Assembly (NCBI GenBank): GCA_964628765.1
Contig: CAZVMT010000001.1
Location: 1 to 54,998 of the forward strand
Origin: an uncultured Candidatus Bathyarchaeia archaeon
GTDB lineage: Archaea > Thermoproteota > Bathyarchaeia > TCS64
Length of the DNA: 54,998 nucleotides
Reading direction: 5' to 3'
Shown here: positions 7,532 through 14,576 of the stretch, one piece after another
How positions within the stretch are numbered: position 1 is the first letter of the stretch
Layout of the letters: every line of letters starts with the position of its first letter
Notes under the pieces: generated by a model
Databases searched by the model: none
Seen by the model: the letters and a program-made list of their open reading frames with translations, nothing else
What the model was told of the DNA's origin: nothing
Program-made: the position numbers and the translations under genes

Positions 7532-7792
7532 ATGACCACAAGTGAGCGGGTTGTGCAGCGTTATATCCTGGCTATCGTGAAACACACACGCTCCTACCGC
7601 GCCATGTTACACGCGGTAGACGGCGGCGGCGCTATTGTCGAGGAACTCACCTTCGATGGCGGCAAGTTGGCGGCGCTGACGTGGTTACGGGAGCAGCGAG
7701 ATAAGCGCAGCGGCCAGGGCGTGTCGTTCGATGTGTATCTGCCGTGGAGCGGTGCACCGGGTAATTGGTATGATGATTGGCCGGAGACATGA
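7532..7792 (+). CDS. Hypothetical protein
   Basis: GGGAGG RBS. Confidence 0.65.
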   Translation: MTTSERVVQRYILAIVKHTRSYRAMLHAVDGGGAIVEELTFDGGKLAALTWLREQRDKRSGQGVSFDVYLPWSGAPGNWYDDWPET

Positions 7793-8148
7793 CGCGAGAT
7801 TACACCGACATGTTGTCTGGGCTTCTCGGCTGCTCAATATCAATGACGCCTCACAGCGAGTACCGAATCAGTATTGAGCGCGACATCTGGGGCCGTCCGG
7901 CGGTAACGCTCTGGCATCTGTTCCCGTTCGTGAATCACGGCAACGCTTCCCTGCTGCGTTGTCATGTGCCGCTCAAAGGTAGGAATACTACCTTTGAAGC
8001 AGCAAACGACGCATGGCATTTGCTGTCTCAGTGGTGGCAGCATGGCCCGACTGAGATGTTGATCGAGGCGTATGAACTGCGCCAGACGCAGGACTTTACA
8101 AAGCCTGCGTCAATCGGGTATGAACCACAGCAGCTACGGTTGCTGTAA
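7789..8148 (+). CDS. Hypothetical protein
   Basis: ATGA start/stop overlap with the upstream gene. Confidence 0.55.
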   Translation: MTRDYTDMLSGLLGCSISMTPHSEYRISIERDIWGRPAVTLWHLFPFVNHGNASLLRCHVPLKGRNTTFEAANDAWHLLSQWWQHGPTEMLIEAYELRQTQDFTKPASIGYEPQQLRLL

Positions 8149-8165
8149 TTCCACATTATGCGGAA
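8149..8165. promoter_or_regulatory. 17-bp palindromic motif TTCCRCA-N3-TGYGGAA, site 1
   Basis: ttccacattatgcggaa. The same 7-3-7 inverted repeat recurs at 12075, 43841 and 54264. Confidence 0.6.
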
Positions 8166-8168
8166 ATG

Positions 8169-8192
8169 GGGCGGGCAACCGCCCTTTTGTTT
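8169..8192 (+). terminator. Intrinsic terminator
   Basis: GGGCGG-GCAA-CCGCCC followed by TTTTGTTT. Confidence 0.7.
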
Positions 8193-8204
8193 AGGAGGCT
8201 GAAC

Positions 8205-8435
8205 TTGACAACGTGGGATCGTATACGGATCGAGGCGGTGGCACTGAAGTTGTGCGAGGAACAGGGGAGCCGCAACGCCATTGTGTACGTCGATGGCGTG
8301 CAGGTGATCGTACAGGAGGGGCGTGTCCTGAGCGACATGGAAGCCGATGAACTTGTGATCGCCGGGCGCGACGTGGGAGCACACTGGAAGATGTTCCATG
8401 CGAATTCGGAAGGGAGCAGTGATGATGACTGGTAA
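8205..8435 (+). CDS. Hypothetical protein (TTG start)
   Basis: AGGAGG RBS at 8193-8198 followed by TTG 8205. The upstream ATG 8166 lies inside the terminator. Confidence 0.5.
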   Translation: MTTWDRIRIEAVALKLCEEQGSRNAIVYVDGVQVIVQEGRVLSDMEADELVIAGRDVGAHWKMFHANSEGSSDDDW

Positions 8436-8697
8436 CACGGTAAGTCCAGACATGCACAGGACAGAAGTAGTTGACGCGGTATGCGAGTGGGTTGCTGCTG
8501 CACAAAACGATCCATTCGATCCAGACGTGTATTGCGGGTTGGTGCTCTCAATTCGTAATGCGCAGGGCGTCATGCGCAAGGAACGGTATTCAAAGTTGCG
8601 GACTTGGCTGACGCGGGTTCGGTTTGCCAGCGCGGTGCGTGACGCGGAATCAAACATTGAGTTTAAGCAGCGACTAGTGAGGGGTGACGATGACTAA
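8422..8697 (+). CDS. Hypothetical protein
   Basis: GGAAGGGA RBS before ATG. Confidence 0.55.
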   Translation: MMTGNTVSPDMHRTEVVDAVCEWVAAAQNDPFDPDVYCGLVLSIRNAQGVMRKERYSKLRTWLTRVRFASAVRDAESNIEFKQRLVRGDDD

Positions 8698-8872
8698 CGG
8701 GAAATGTCTATATTGCCACAACACCGGATGGCACAACGGGCAGCCATGCCCGGCATGCGGAGGCACGAAAATTCGCAACGACCGGCAAGAATCAATTGTG
8801 AGAGGGACCGCTGATGATAGCACTCGTGGCACAGACGACACAAGCACCGCCGCCGACAACACCAGTAGTTAG
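8690..8872 (+). CDS. Small DnaJ-type zinc-finger protein
   Basis: CLYCHNTG...CPACGGTK (CxxCxGxG-like). Confidence 0.55.
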   Translation: MTNGKCLYCHNTGWHNGQPCPACGGTKIRNDRQESIVRGTADDSTRGTDDTSTAADNTSS

Positions 8873-9119
8873 CGCGGGGGTTACGAATTACGGGTGGACT
8901 TATGGCTCACGGGATCACCGCTGTATCAAGTGGTGCGGTCCTGGTGAGTATCGCCGGGGGCACGGCAACAGCTGGTGGCCCGCCGAAACAGTCACGGTTG
9001 AGGGTGAAAACGGTTCGGTGAGCCGCTGGCTTGCGGTTGTTGATGGGATGTTGTGCCGGTTTGAAACGCCCAGGCAGATTCTATTTGTTGATCAGGAGGT
9101 TGGCTGTGTCCGAAGTTAG
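8814..9119 (+). CDS. Hypothetical protein; overlaps the 3' end of the previous ORF
   Basis: GAGAGGGA RBS before ATG 8814. The 59-nt overlap lowers confidence. Confidence 0.4.
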   Translation: MIALVAQTTQAPPPTTPVVSAGVTNYGWTYGSRDHRCIKWCGPGEYRRGHGNSWWPAETVTVEGENGSVSRWLAVVDGMLCRFETPRQILFVDQEVGCVRS

Positions 9120-9354
9120 CACACTTGCGCTCGTGTTGCAGGCGCTGGCAATCGCACGGCGTGAACGCCAGCGGGCAGAGTACGCTGGTGATGTCGCCAA
9201 TAGTCGCCACTGGCAGTCGATCATCCAACTGCTGTGGACCGAGGACGTTGACACCGCGCAGGGCGTGCTGGATGACGAGGCCAAAGCGGGCTGCTGTCAG
9301 GCATGTAACGGGATGGGCTGCCACGCTTGCGGATATGTTGGGGTAGCAGAATGA
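9106..9354 (+). CDS. Small DnaJ-type zinc-finger protein
   Basis: AGGAGG RBS before GTG 9106. C-terminal CQACNGMGCHACGYVG gives two CxxCxGxG units. Confidence 0.6.
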   Translation: MSEVSTLALVLQALAIARRERQRAEYAGDVANSRHWQSIIQLLWTEDVDTAQGVLDDEAKAGCCQACNGMGCHACGYVGVAE

Positions 9355-9650
9355 AAACCGTACTCGGTACGGGCGGCGTGCTGCTGCTGGTGTTTATCGT
9401 GATGACGGTGGCGCTCGTTGGCGGCCATACGCTGATGCAAGCAACAGCGGACGCCAACCCAGGCAATGCGGTGCTGGCTCACTATGCGGACCTGACACGC
9501 ACGCTGGCGATAGTCACGCTGCTGTGTGAAGCGTTCGGGTTTCTGATGACGGCGCTGGTGTGGGCGGTGTTCGGGCGCATTGATCGGGCACCGTATCAAC
9601 GGCAGGTTGCGCACTGGGCAGAGGAACGTAACGAAACGAGGGAACAATGA
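9351..9650 (+). CDS. Small membrane protein (2 predicted TM helices)
   Basis: ATGA overlap with the upstream gene. Hydrophobic segments VLLLVFIVMTVALVGG and LAIVTLLCEAFGFLMTALVWAVF. Confidence 0.6.
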   Translation: MKTVLGTGGVLLLVFIVMTVALVGGHTLMQATADANPGNAVLAHYADLTRTLAIVTLLCEAFGFLMTALVWAVFGRIDRAPYQRQVAHWAEERNETREQ

Positions 9651-9886
9651 GGGGCAGAAAGAACACGGGGCGCGACGTGTGGAAAACCGTGCCCGTCCGC
9701 GCCTGCTGCTCGGTTTGTTTCTCTATGAGTGATGCCCGCACCTGCATATGGACGGGTAGCGAGTGGATATGCGCTGACTGCGTTGGGGTTGTCACCAGTG
9801 GCAGGATCACGCCAGCGACCAGCGCGGCAACACGCGGCGTTTATTGGCGGCGGCCCAAACGGGAGGAGGCAGAGTATGAATGGTAG
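9647..9886 (+). CDS. Cys-rich small protein
   Basis: ATGA overlap with the upstream gene. Contains CCSVC...C...CADC. Confidence 0.55.
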   Translation: MRGRKNTGRDVWKTVPVRACCSVCFSMSDARTCIWTGSEWICADCVGVVTSGRITPATSAATRGVYWRRPKREEAEYEW

Positions 9887-9910
9887 CGCGTGGAAAGTGA
9901 GGCTTAGCTG

Positions 9911-10297
9911 ATGAGTCGCGCGGCGAACAAACGGCACAATGCCCGACGCGACGCTAATGAACCGGGCATTGTTGAGGCCCTGCGTAAGTCGGGGGCGCTG
10001 GTAGACCGTATCGACGGCACGGGCACTCCCGACTTACTTGTTGGATACCAGGGCGAATGGTTTTTACTTGAGGTGAAAGTACCCGACAAAAAGCCGCGCT
10101 TGACGGAAGCAGAAGCGGCATGGCACGAGCGGGCTATCGGGTATCCGGTGGCTATCGTACAGACGCCAGAGGAAGCGCTAGCGGCAATTGGCGCAACCGG
10201 GCGGTATTGGGAGGCGTTGGCTGATATGCCAGCGGCGTTAACCGGCAGCGTGTATCGGTTCGTGCCGCCGGATAGCGACAACTGGTTCGGAGTGTAG
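9911..10297 (+). CDS. VRR-NUC / PD-(D/E)xK family nuclease
   Basis: GTPDLLV...FLLEVK motif spacing typical of VRR-NUC. Confidence 0.7.
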   Translation: MSRAANKRHNARRDANEPGIVEALRKSGALVDRIDGTGTPDLLVGYQGEWFLLEVKVPDKKPRLTEAEAAWHERAIGYPVAIVQTPEEALAAIGATGRYWEALADMPAALTGSVYRFVPPDSDNWFGV

Positions 10298-10387
10298 GCG
10301 CGGCAAACAAAAGCCCCCGGTGACGGGGGCACGGGGCGGCGACAGGTGTTCCGCTCCATACCTAAAGTATACCACAAAGGACGGGAT

Positions 10388-11341
10388 ATGGACAACGAAA
10401 CAGATACGTTAAACTGGATTGTTGGCGAAGAGGATACCGAGTTTGACATTGCAGAAATTCGGCTTGAGGCGATCAGCGCCGGGATCGACATCACGAACCA
10501 GCGTTATCTCGATCGCGTGGCAGCTAAGCGCCGCGCCGCCGTGCAAGATGCGCGCCAGAACATTGAGGCGGAGTCGCGTTTTGAACGCTTTACGGCACGC
10601 GCTGACGAAGTGCTTACCGCGCTCGGCCAGCTTGCCGCGTTGACGCTGTACTTGCTGATTGCGCGTATCGGTTTGCCGCTGGCGATCATCCCGCTATGGT
10701 GGGCAGAGATGGAGCGCGTCGGTGCGGGGATTGCCATGTTTGATACACAGCGGGCCGGGTTGCTGGCGGTGACGGCAGTGAGCGCGTACATGGTGCTGCG
10801 TATTGTGCGGGCAAGCAAGGCGACCTCAATGGATTCGACGTGGAAAGAAAATGGCGAAGGTTACGAGTGGTCGCTGCGCATTTGGTGGCAGCACTTTGCT
10901 TACTCGATGGGACTGTCGCGCCAGTGGCATCCGCGCAGCAAAAGCGAACTCAAGCGGCTTGATCAGTCTATCCGGGCGCTTGGCTGGATCATTATCCTGC
11001 TCGGCACGGTTGGCAGTATGCAGGCTGAGCTACAGGTCAACATCGGCGGGCTGAATCAGGCCTACATTGAGTCGCGGTCAGTAGCGTGGCTGTTGTCGAT
11101 GGCAGGCGGGTTTGTGTTGACGGCTGGCTTGCTGTCTGGTACGCACTGGCTGACCGGCTATCTGCACACGGTTTACAGCGATCTCCGGGGGCCTGAAGTT
11201 GAGCGGTCTTTTACCTCTCGATCTTCCGCGCTGGTTATCGAACAGGCGGAAGATCAGGCGGAGGCTCACTATCTGCGTTACCTGATGCGGAAGCGGCAGG
11301 AACTGCTAACCAGTGGCAATCAGAGTACATCGGGCGACTAG
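10388..11341 (+). CDS. Multi-pass membrane protein of unknown function
   Basis: AAAGGA RBS. The N-terminus is soluble and acidic, followed by about 5 hydrophobic helices. Confidence 0.6.
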   Translation: MDNETDTLNWIVGEEDTEFDIAEIRLEAISAGIDITNQRYLDRVAAKRRAAVQDARQNIEAESRFERFTARADEVLTALGQLAALTLYLLIARIGLPLAIIPLWWAEMERVGAGIAMFDTQRAGLLAVTAVSAYMVLRIVRASKATSMDSTWKENGEGYEWSLRIWWQHFAYSMGLSRQWHPRSKSELKRLDQSIRALGWIIILLGTVGSMQAELQVNIGGLNQAYIESRSVAWLLSMAGGFVLTAGLLSGTHWLTGYLHTVYSDLRGPEVERSFTSRSSALVIEQAEDQAEAHYLRYLMRKRQELLTSGNQSTSGD

Positions 11342-11359
11342 ACCGGATCATCGAGCTAC

Positions 11360-11397
11360 TGGAAGCGCAGCGGCAACCGCAGGGCGTGACGGTGAGT
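11360..11397. repeat. 38-bp direct repeat copy 1
   Basis: tggaagcgcagcggcaaccgcagggcgtgacggtgagt is identical to 11537-11574. Confidence 0.9.
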
Positions 11398-11613
11398 GTT
11401 CCCAAAAGCGGCGATTCTTCGGTTGGGAACAGTGTTCCCAGAGTTCCCAAGCTGGTCGCCACACCATCAAAAGCGGAGTTGTGCCGCCAGTGGTTTAAGG
11501 GGCACCCCGACGATCTGAAACTGCCGGGGCGTGACTTGGAAGCGCAGCGGCAACCGCAGGGCGTGACGGTGAGTTACAAATACTGGAACAAGATCAAGAA
11601 GGAATTCGAATAG
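11386..11613 (+). CDS. Hypothetical small protein; start uncertain
   Basis: GTG-start ORF with a weak RBS. It begins inside repeat copy 1 and contains copy 2 in the same frame. Confidence 0.35.
   Translation: MTVSVPKSGDSSVGNSVPRVPKLVATPSKAELCRQWFKGHPDDLKLPGRDLEAQRQPQGVTVSYKYWNKIKKEFE
11537..11574. repeat. 38-bp direct repeat copy 2 (177 bp, or 59 codons, from copy 1)
   Basis: Identical to 11360-11397. Confidence 0.9.
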
Positions 11614-11631
11614 GGGCGGCTTCGGTCGCCC
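11614..11631 (+). terminator. UUCG-capped GC hairpin (gggcggcttcggtcgccc); same sequence as 12056-12073
   Basis: 7-bp stem with a UUCG loop. Only a short T tract follows. Confidence 0.5.
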
Positions 11632-11651
11632 TTATAAGCAAGGGGTAATCA

Positions 11652-12056
11652 ATGGAAAATAACGATGCACGACTGGATCGCATGATTGAGATGTTTATCG
11701 AAATCGAGCGCCAGCGGACAGCATTGCAAGCGCTGATGGTCGAGTATGTCAATGATACCGGGGTCGATTGGGGCGGCACGTACCAATACGATCCGCCCAT
11801 CGATCCGCCTGATGATGCCGCTTTTGCGCGGGGTGATTCTGGATTGTTTCAGGGCGTCAGTGAGGACGACGATCAAGCTGTTGTGTTTGTCACAAAGGGG
11901 CGCAGTAATGGAAAGGTGTTGCGCTGTCCACCTGAGCATGTACGGGCAATTTACGTTGAGTACGATAATCTTGAGCGGCTTGCGGATGAGCACATGACAC
12001 GCAAGACTGAAGGACGTATCAGGAGTGTGGCACAAAGGCCACCTGATATTTATTAG
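11652..12056 (+). CDS. Hypothetical protein
   Basis: AAGGGG RBS and a 134-aa ORF. Confidence 0.65.
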   Translation: MENNDARLDRMIEMFIEIERQRTALQALMVEYVNDTGVDWGGTYQYDPPIDPPDDAAFARGDSGLFQGVSEDDDQAVVFVTKGRSNGKVLRCPPEHVRAIYVEYDNLERLADEHMTRKTEGRIRSVAQRPPDIY

Positions 12057-12073
12057 GGCGGCTTCGGTCGCCC
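12056..12073 (+). terminator. UUCG-capped GC hairpin, second copy
   Basis: Identical 18-nt hairpin followed by TTT. Confidence 0.5.
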
Positions 12074-12074
12074 T

Positions 12075-12091
12075 TTCCACATATTGCGGAA
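12075..12091. promoter_or_regulatory. 17-bp palindromic motif, site 2
   Basis: ttccacatattgcggaa. Confidence 0.6.
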
Positions 12092-12108
12092 ATGATGGAG
12101 GATGACAG

Positions 12109-12318
12109 ATGAGCAGAGATACCGATATGTCGTATACGGTTAGCTCGACCAGCGCGAGAGTTGATGTGACACCGCAAGGCATGGTTTGGCTTTCGTTTTT
12201 CGCTGGCGACCGGCTAACTACCAGAATATCGATGACTCCCGGTGATGCGGAGGGCATGGGTGCTAAGCTTATGGAAGCGGCGGTTATTGCCCGCGACATT
12301 CAAGGGAGTGAGACATGA
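12109..12318 (+). CDS. Hypothetical protein
   Basis: GGAGG RBS. Confidence 0.65.
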   Translation: MSRDTDMSYTVSSTSARVDVTPQGMVWLSFFAGDRLTTRISMTPGDAEGMGAKLMEAAVIARDIQGSET

Positions 12319-12599
12319 ATAAAGTATGGGTGCTAATGAAAGCGGACGATGAAGGCGAACCGGGAAAGACACTTGCGCTTTTTGCATCACTTGAAGATGC
12401 GAAATCATCTATTGAGTGTGAAAAGCCAGGGTTTATTACATCGTATTGGAAGGCTAAAAACGATCGATATGAGGGTGAATACTATGTGGGGTGGATTACG
12501 TCCCGCCCCCTTGCGCGTAAGACGCAATCCATGTATTACATCGTGCCATTGACGGTCGGCTATCACAATATGCAGACTAGTGACGGCGAAAAGGAGTGA
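12315..12599 (+). CDS. Hypothetical protein
   Basis: ATGA overlap and a GGGAG RBS. Confidence 0.65.
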   Translation: MNKVWVLMKADDEGEPGKTLALFASLEDAKSSIECEKPGFITSYWKAKNDRYEGEYYVGWITSRPLARKTQSMYYIVPLTVGYHNMQTSDGEKE

Positions 12600-12602
12600 C
12601 GA

Positions 12603-12833
12603 ATGATTGACAATATACCGGAATGGCAGGTGCTTTACAACGAAGTTGTTGAGGCATTTGGTGATGACTGGTTGGCAACGCCGGAACCCGTGCGGGAATA
12701 TATCAAAGTAATGGAGCAACTGCTCTATGATGCGCAGAGTGTGGTCAAGCTAATTCCAGAATGCCCAGAGCACGGATATTGTTGTCCACATGCCAGCGAA
12801 TGGGTTATTGCAGCGCGGAAGGATAACGAATGA
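12603..12833 (+). CDS. Hypothetical protein
   Basis: AAGGAG RBS. Confidence 0.65.
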   Translation: MIDNIPEWQVLYNEVVEAFGDDWLATPEPVREYIKVMEQLLYDAQSVVKLIPECPEHGYCCPHASEWVIAARKDNE

Positions 12834-13024
12834 TTGACAACATGACGGTGGCGCAGGACGGCACCTATAACCTGTGCGTTGCTGTGACTCTGAGCGGAGT
12901 CGTGGTGCTCACGGTAGTGCTGGAAGATGGCGGCGAAATTCGCGTGTCGATGCTGCCGGAAGAGGCCGAGCGTGTAAGCGGGATGATACGCGACGCGGCG
13001 CTGTTCGTGCGGGGCAGGGAGTAA
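12830..13024 (+). CDS. Hypothetical protein
   Basis: ATGA overlap with the upstream gene. Confidence 0.6.
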   Translation: MIDNMTVAQDGTYNLCVAVTLSGVVVLTVVLEDGGEIRVSMLPEEAERVSGMIRDAALFVRGRE

Positions 13025-13043
13025 GCGGCACAACGTTTGCCTA

Positions 13044-13071
13044 TTGACACGATCGGCAGCCGTGATACCAT
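13044..13071 (+). promoter_or_regulatory. Sigma70-type promoter (TTGACA-16-TACCAT)
   Basis: Perfect -35 hexamer and a 4/6 match at -10. Confidence 0.5.
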
Positions 13072-13077
13072 AGGGTA

Positions 13078-13192
13078 AGCGCGGACGCGAACGCCGGGCC
13101 AGCAGCTACAGGTCCGGCACCCTTCGTCTGGACACAAATTCACCTCTACGTAAACTAGAGCACCTGCGGCCACAGGTGCTCATCTTTTTTTT
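13078..13192 (+). ncRNA. Candidate ~115-nt small RNA (promoter-to-terminator unit with no ORF)
   Basis: Lies between the 13044 promoter and the 13158-13192 terminator. Internal hairpin GCCGG...CCGGC is enclosed by AGGGU...ACCCU. Confidence 0.45.
13158..13192 (+). terminator. Strong intrinsic terminator
   Basis: GAGCACCUG-cggcca-CAGGUGCUC followed by T8. Confidence 0.85.
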
Positions 13193-13197
13193 GCCAC

Positions 13198-13227
13198 TTG
13201 ACAGAATCTATTGAATGTTTGTATACT
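13198..13227 (+). promoter_or_regulatory. Sigma70-type promoter of the packaging/head operon (TTGACA-18-TATACT)
   Basis: Perfect -35 hexamer and a 5/6 match at -10. Confidence 0.6.
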
Positions 13228-13340
13228 AACAGTTGACAGGGTTCGCGGTGCATCCGTGTACTTTGCGAATCCTTTTTCTTTCGGCAAACGGACCTGACGC
13301 AGTGGGGGGCCTACCGCTGCTCAGGTTGTCGGGCCATCCG

Positions 13341-13389
13341 CAGGCGGCGGTATACGGGAGCGATTCCGTGTGCTGTCGCCTGTTTTTTT
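13341..13389 (+). terminator. Leader terminator 12 nt upstream of the first late gene
   Basis: 19 consecutive pairs (13341-13359/13364-13382, including G:U pairs), capped by a GCGA tetraloop and followed by T7. Confidence 0.8.
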
Positions 13390-13401
13390 GTGTGAGGGAC
13401 T

Positions 13402-13947
13402 ATGAGTATATCGCAGCGCATAACAGATTTATTGGCCTTGTGGTTTGACAAGGGCACGCCCGTCGGTGTTGAATGGGAGCCGGATGTCAAAGCGGGGACC
13501 GTTTATCGTGTATACTACCTGGTCCCCATCGGCGAAACATTGGCTGCTGGCGCATCTGCTAACCTGATCATTAAGGTAGGCTCTTTGCCTATTCAGGTTT
13601 TTGGCAGCTATTCGGTCGGTGGCGATTGTGACGTGATCACATATGCAGGCGCGGCGTATGCGGACGACGGCACTATACTCACAAATTACGGGATCAACCT
13701 GACATCGACGCATACGTCTGATACAGTGGTGCGGTTCAACCCCACGATTAACTCGGATGGGGCAATAATTCGCCATCAGTTTGTTCCTATCGCAAAAAAG
13801 ACCGGGCAGACGTTCCCGTCGGACCTGCTGACACTCTCAACCGTAGCACCTGCCAATTCCGTAATCATGGCGCGGATTACGAATTCGAGTGGCGCCGCCT
13901 ATCGATATGGCTTTGAGATATTTTGGCGGGAATATACTCGTGAGTAA
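13402..13947 (+). CDS. Hypothetical beta-rich protein (possible virion protein)
   Basis: GAGGGA RBS. First gene after the late leader. Confidence 0.6.
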   Translation: MSISQRITDLLALWFDKGTPVGVEWEPDVKAGTVYRVYYLVPIGETLAAGASANLIIKVGSLPIQVFGSYSVGGDCDVITYAGAAYADDGTILTNYGINLTSTHTSDTVVRFNPTINSDGAIIRHQFVPIAKKTGQTFPSDLLTLSTVAPANSVIMARITNSSGAAYRYGFEIFWREYTRE

Positions 13948-14176
13948 CGAACCGACCCGTATCACGTTCGCCGCCAGCCTGCCGCCAATTACATCGGCTA
14001 TCTCGCTGGATGGCAACGGGGACGGGGCGCGAATGAAGCTCGATATTCCGGCTTCCGATGTGGGAGCCATGCTGTTGTTGCAACATCACGGGGCGGGCAA
14101 GCTGCTTAAAGTGACAATTGAAGTGTTGGGTGAGAATGGGCAAAACACAGAAAACACAACAGAAATCAACATCTGA
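13940..14176 (+). CDS. Hypothetical protein (GTG start)
   Basis: GTG overlaps the upstream stop codon. Confidence 0.45.
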   Translation: MSNEPTRITFAASLPPITSAISLDGNGDGARMKLDIPASDVGAMLLLQHHGAGKLLKVTIEVLGENGQNTENTTEINI

Positions 14177-14576
14177 GGGAGTTTTCTCGCTGCTGAGTGA
14201 CAGCCAGTGGCGCTTTGTTGCTGTCATGGTGGCTAACCCTGACTTCACCAAAGCAGACGCGGCCCGCGCCCTCAAGATCAAACCAAACACGGTTTACGCA
14301 TGGCCTGATCATGTCAACGCCGCGATTGAGCAGGCCCGCATCGACGTGCACGAGGCGGCGGTGAATGCCCGCAAGCAGGCGCTGCTCGAAGCGATCCGAG
14401 TCAAGATCGCCGGGCTGCGTTCCAGGAGCGAAAGCATTCGGCAAAAGGCCGCTTCAGAGATCATCGAGTGGGAGCTTGGCAGGGCGTCAACGTCGGTTGA
14501 TGTTACCAGCGCCGGGCAGCAGATAAAGGGCTACATTGGTTTCAGTCCGGATGATTGGGACAATGACAGCGACTAG
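14136..14576 (+). CDS. terS: Terminase small subunit
   Basis: HTH-like segment FTKADAARALKIKPNTVYAW. Lies immediately upstream of, and overlaps, TerL. Confidence 0.6.
   Translation: MGKTQKTQQKSTSEGVFSLLSDSQWRFVAVMVANPDFTKADAARALKIKPNTVYAWPDHVNAAIEQARIDVHEAAVNARKQALLEAIRVKIAGLRSRSESIRQKAASEIIEWELGRASTSVDVTSAGQQIKGYIGFSPDDWDNDSD

Noticed and set aside
13233-13448. 71-aa TTG-start ORF in the late leader
   Set aside because: It has no RBS. It spans the leader hairpins and the 19-bp terminator and runs into the RBS and start of gene 13402.
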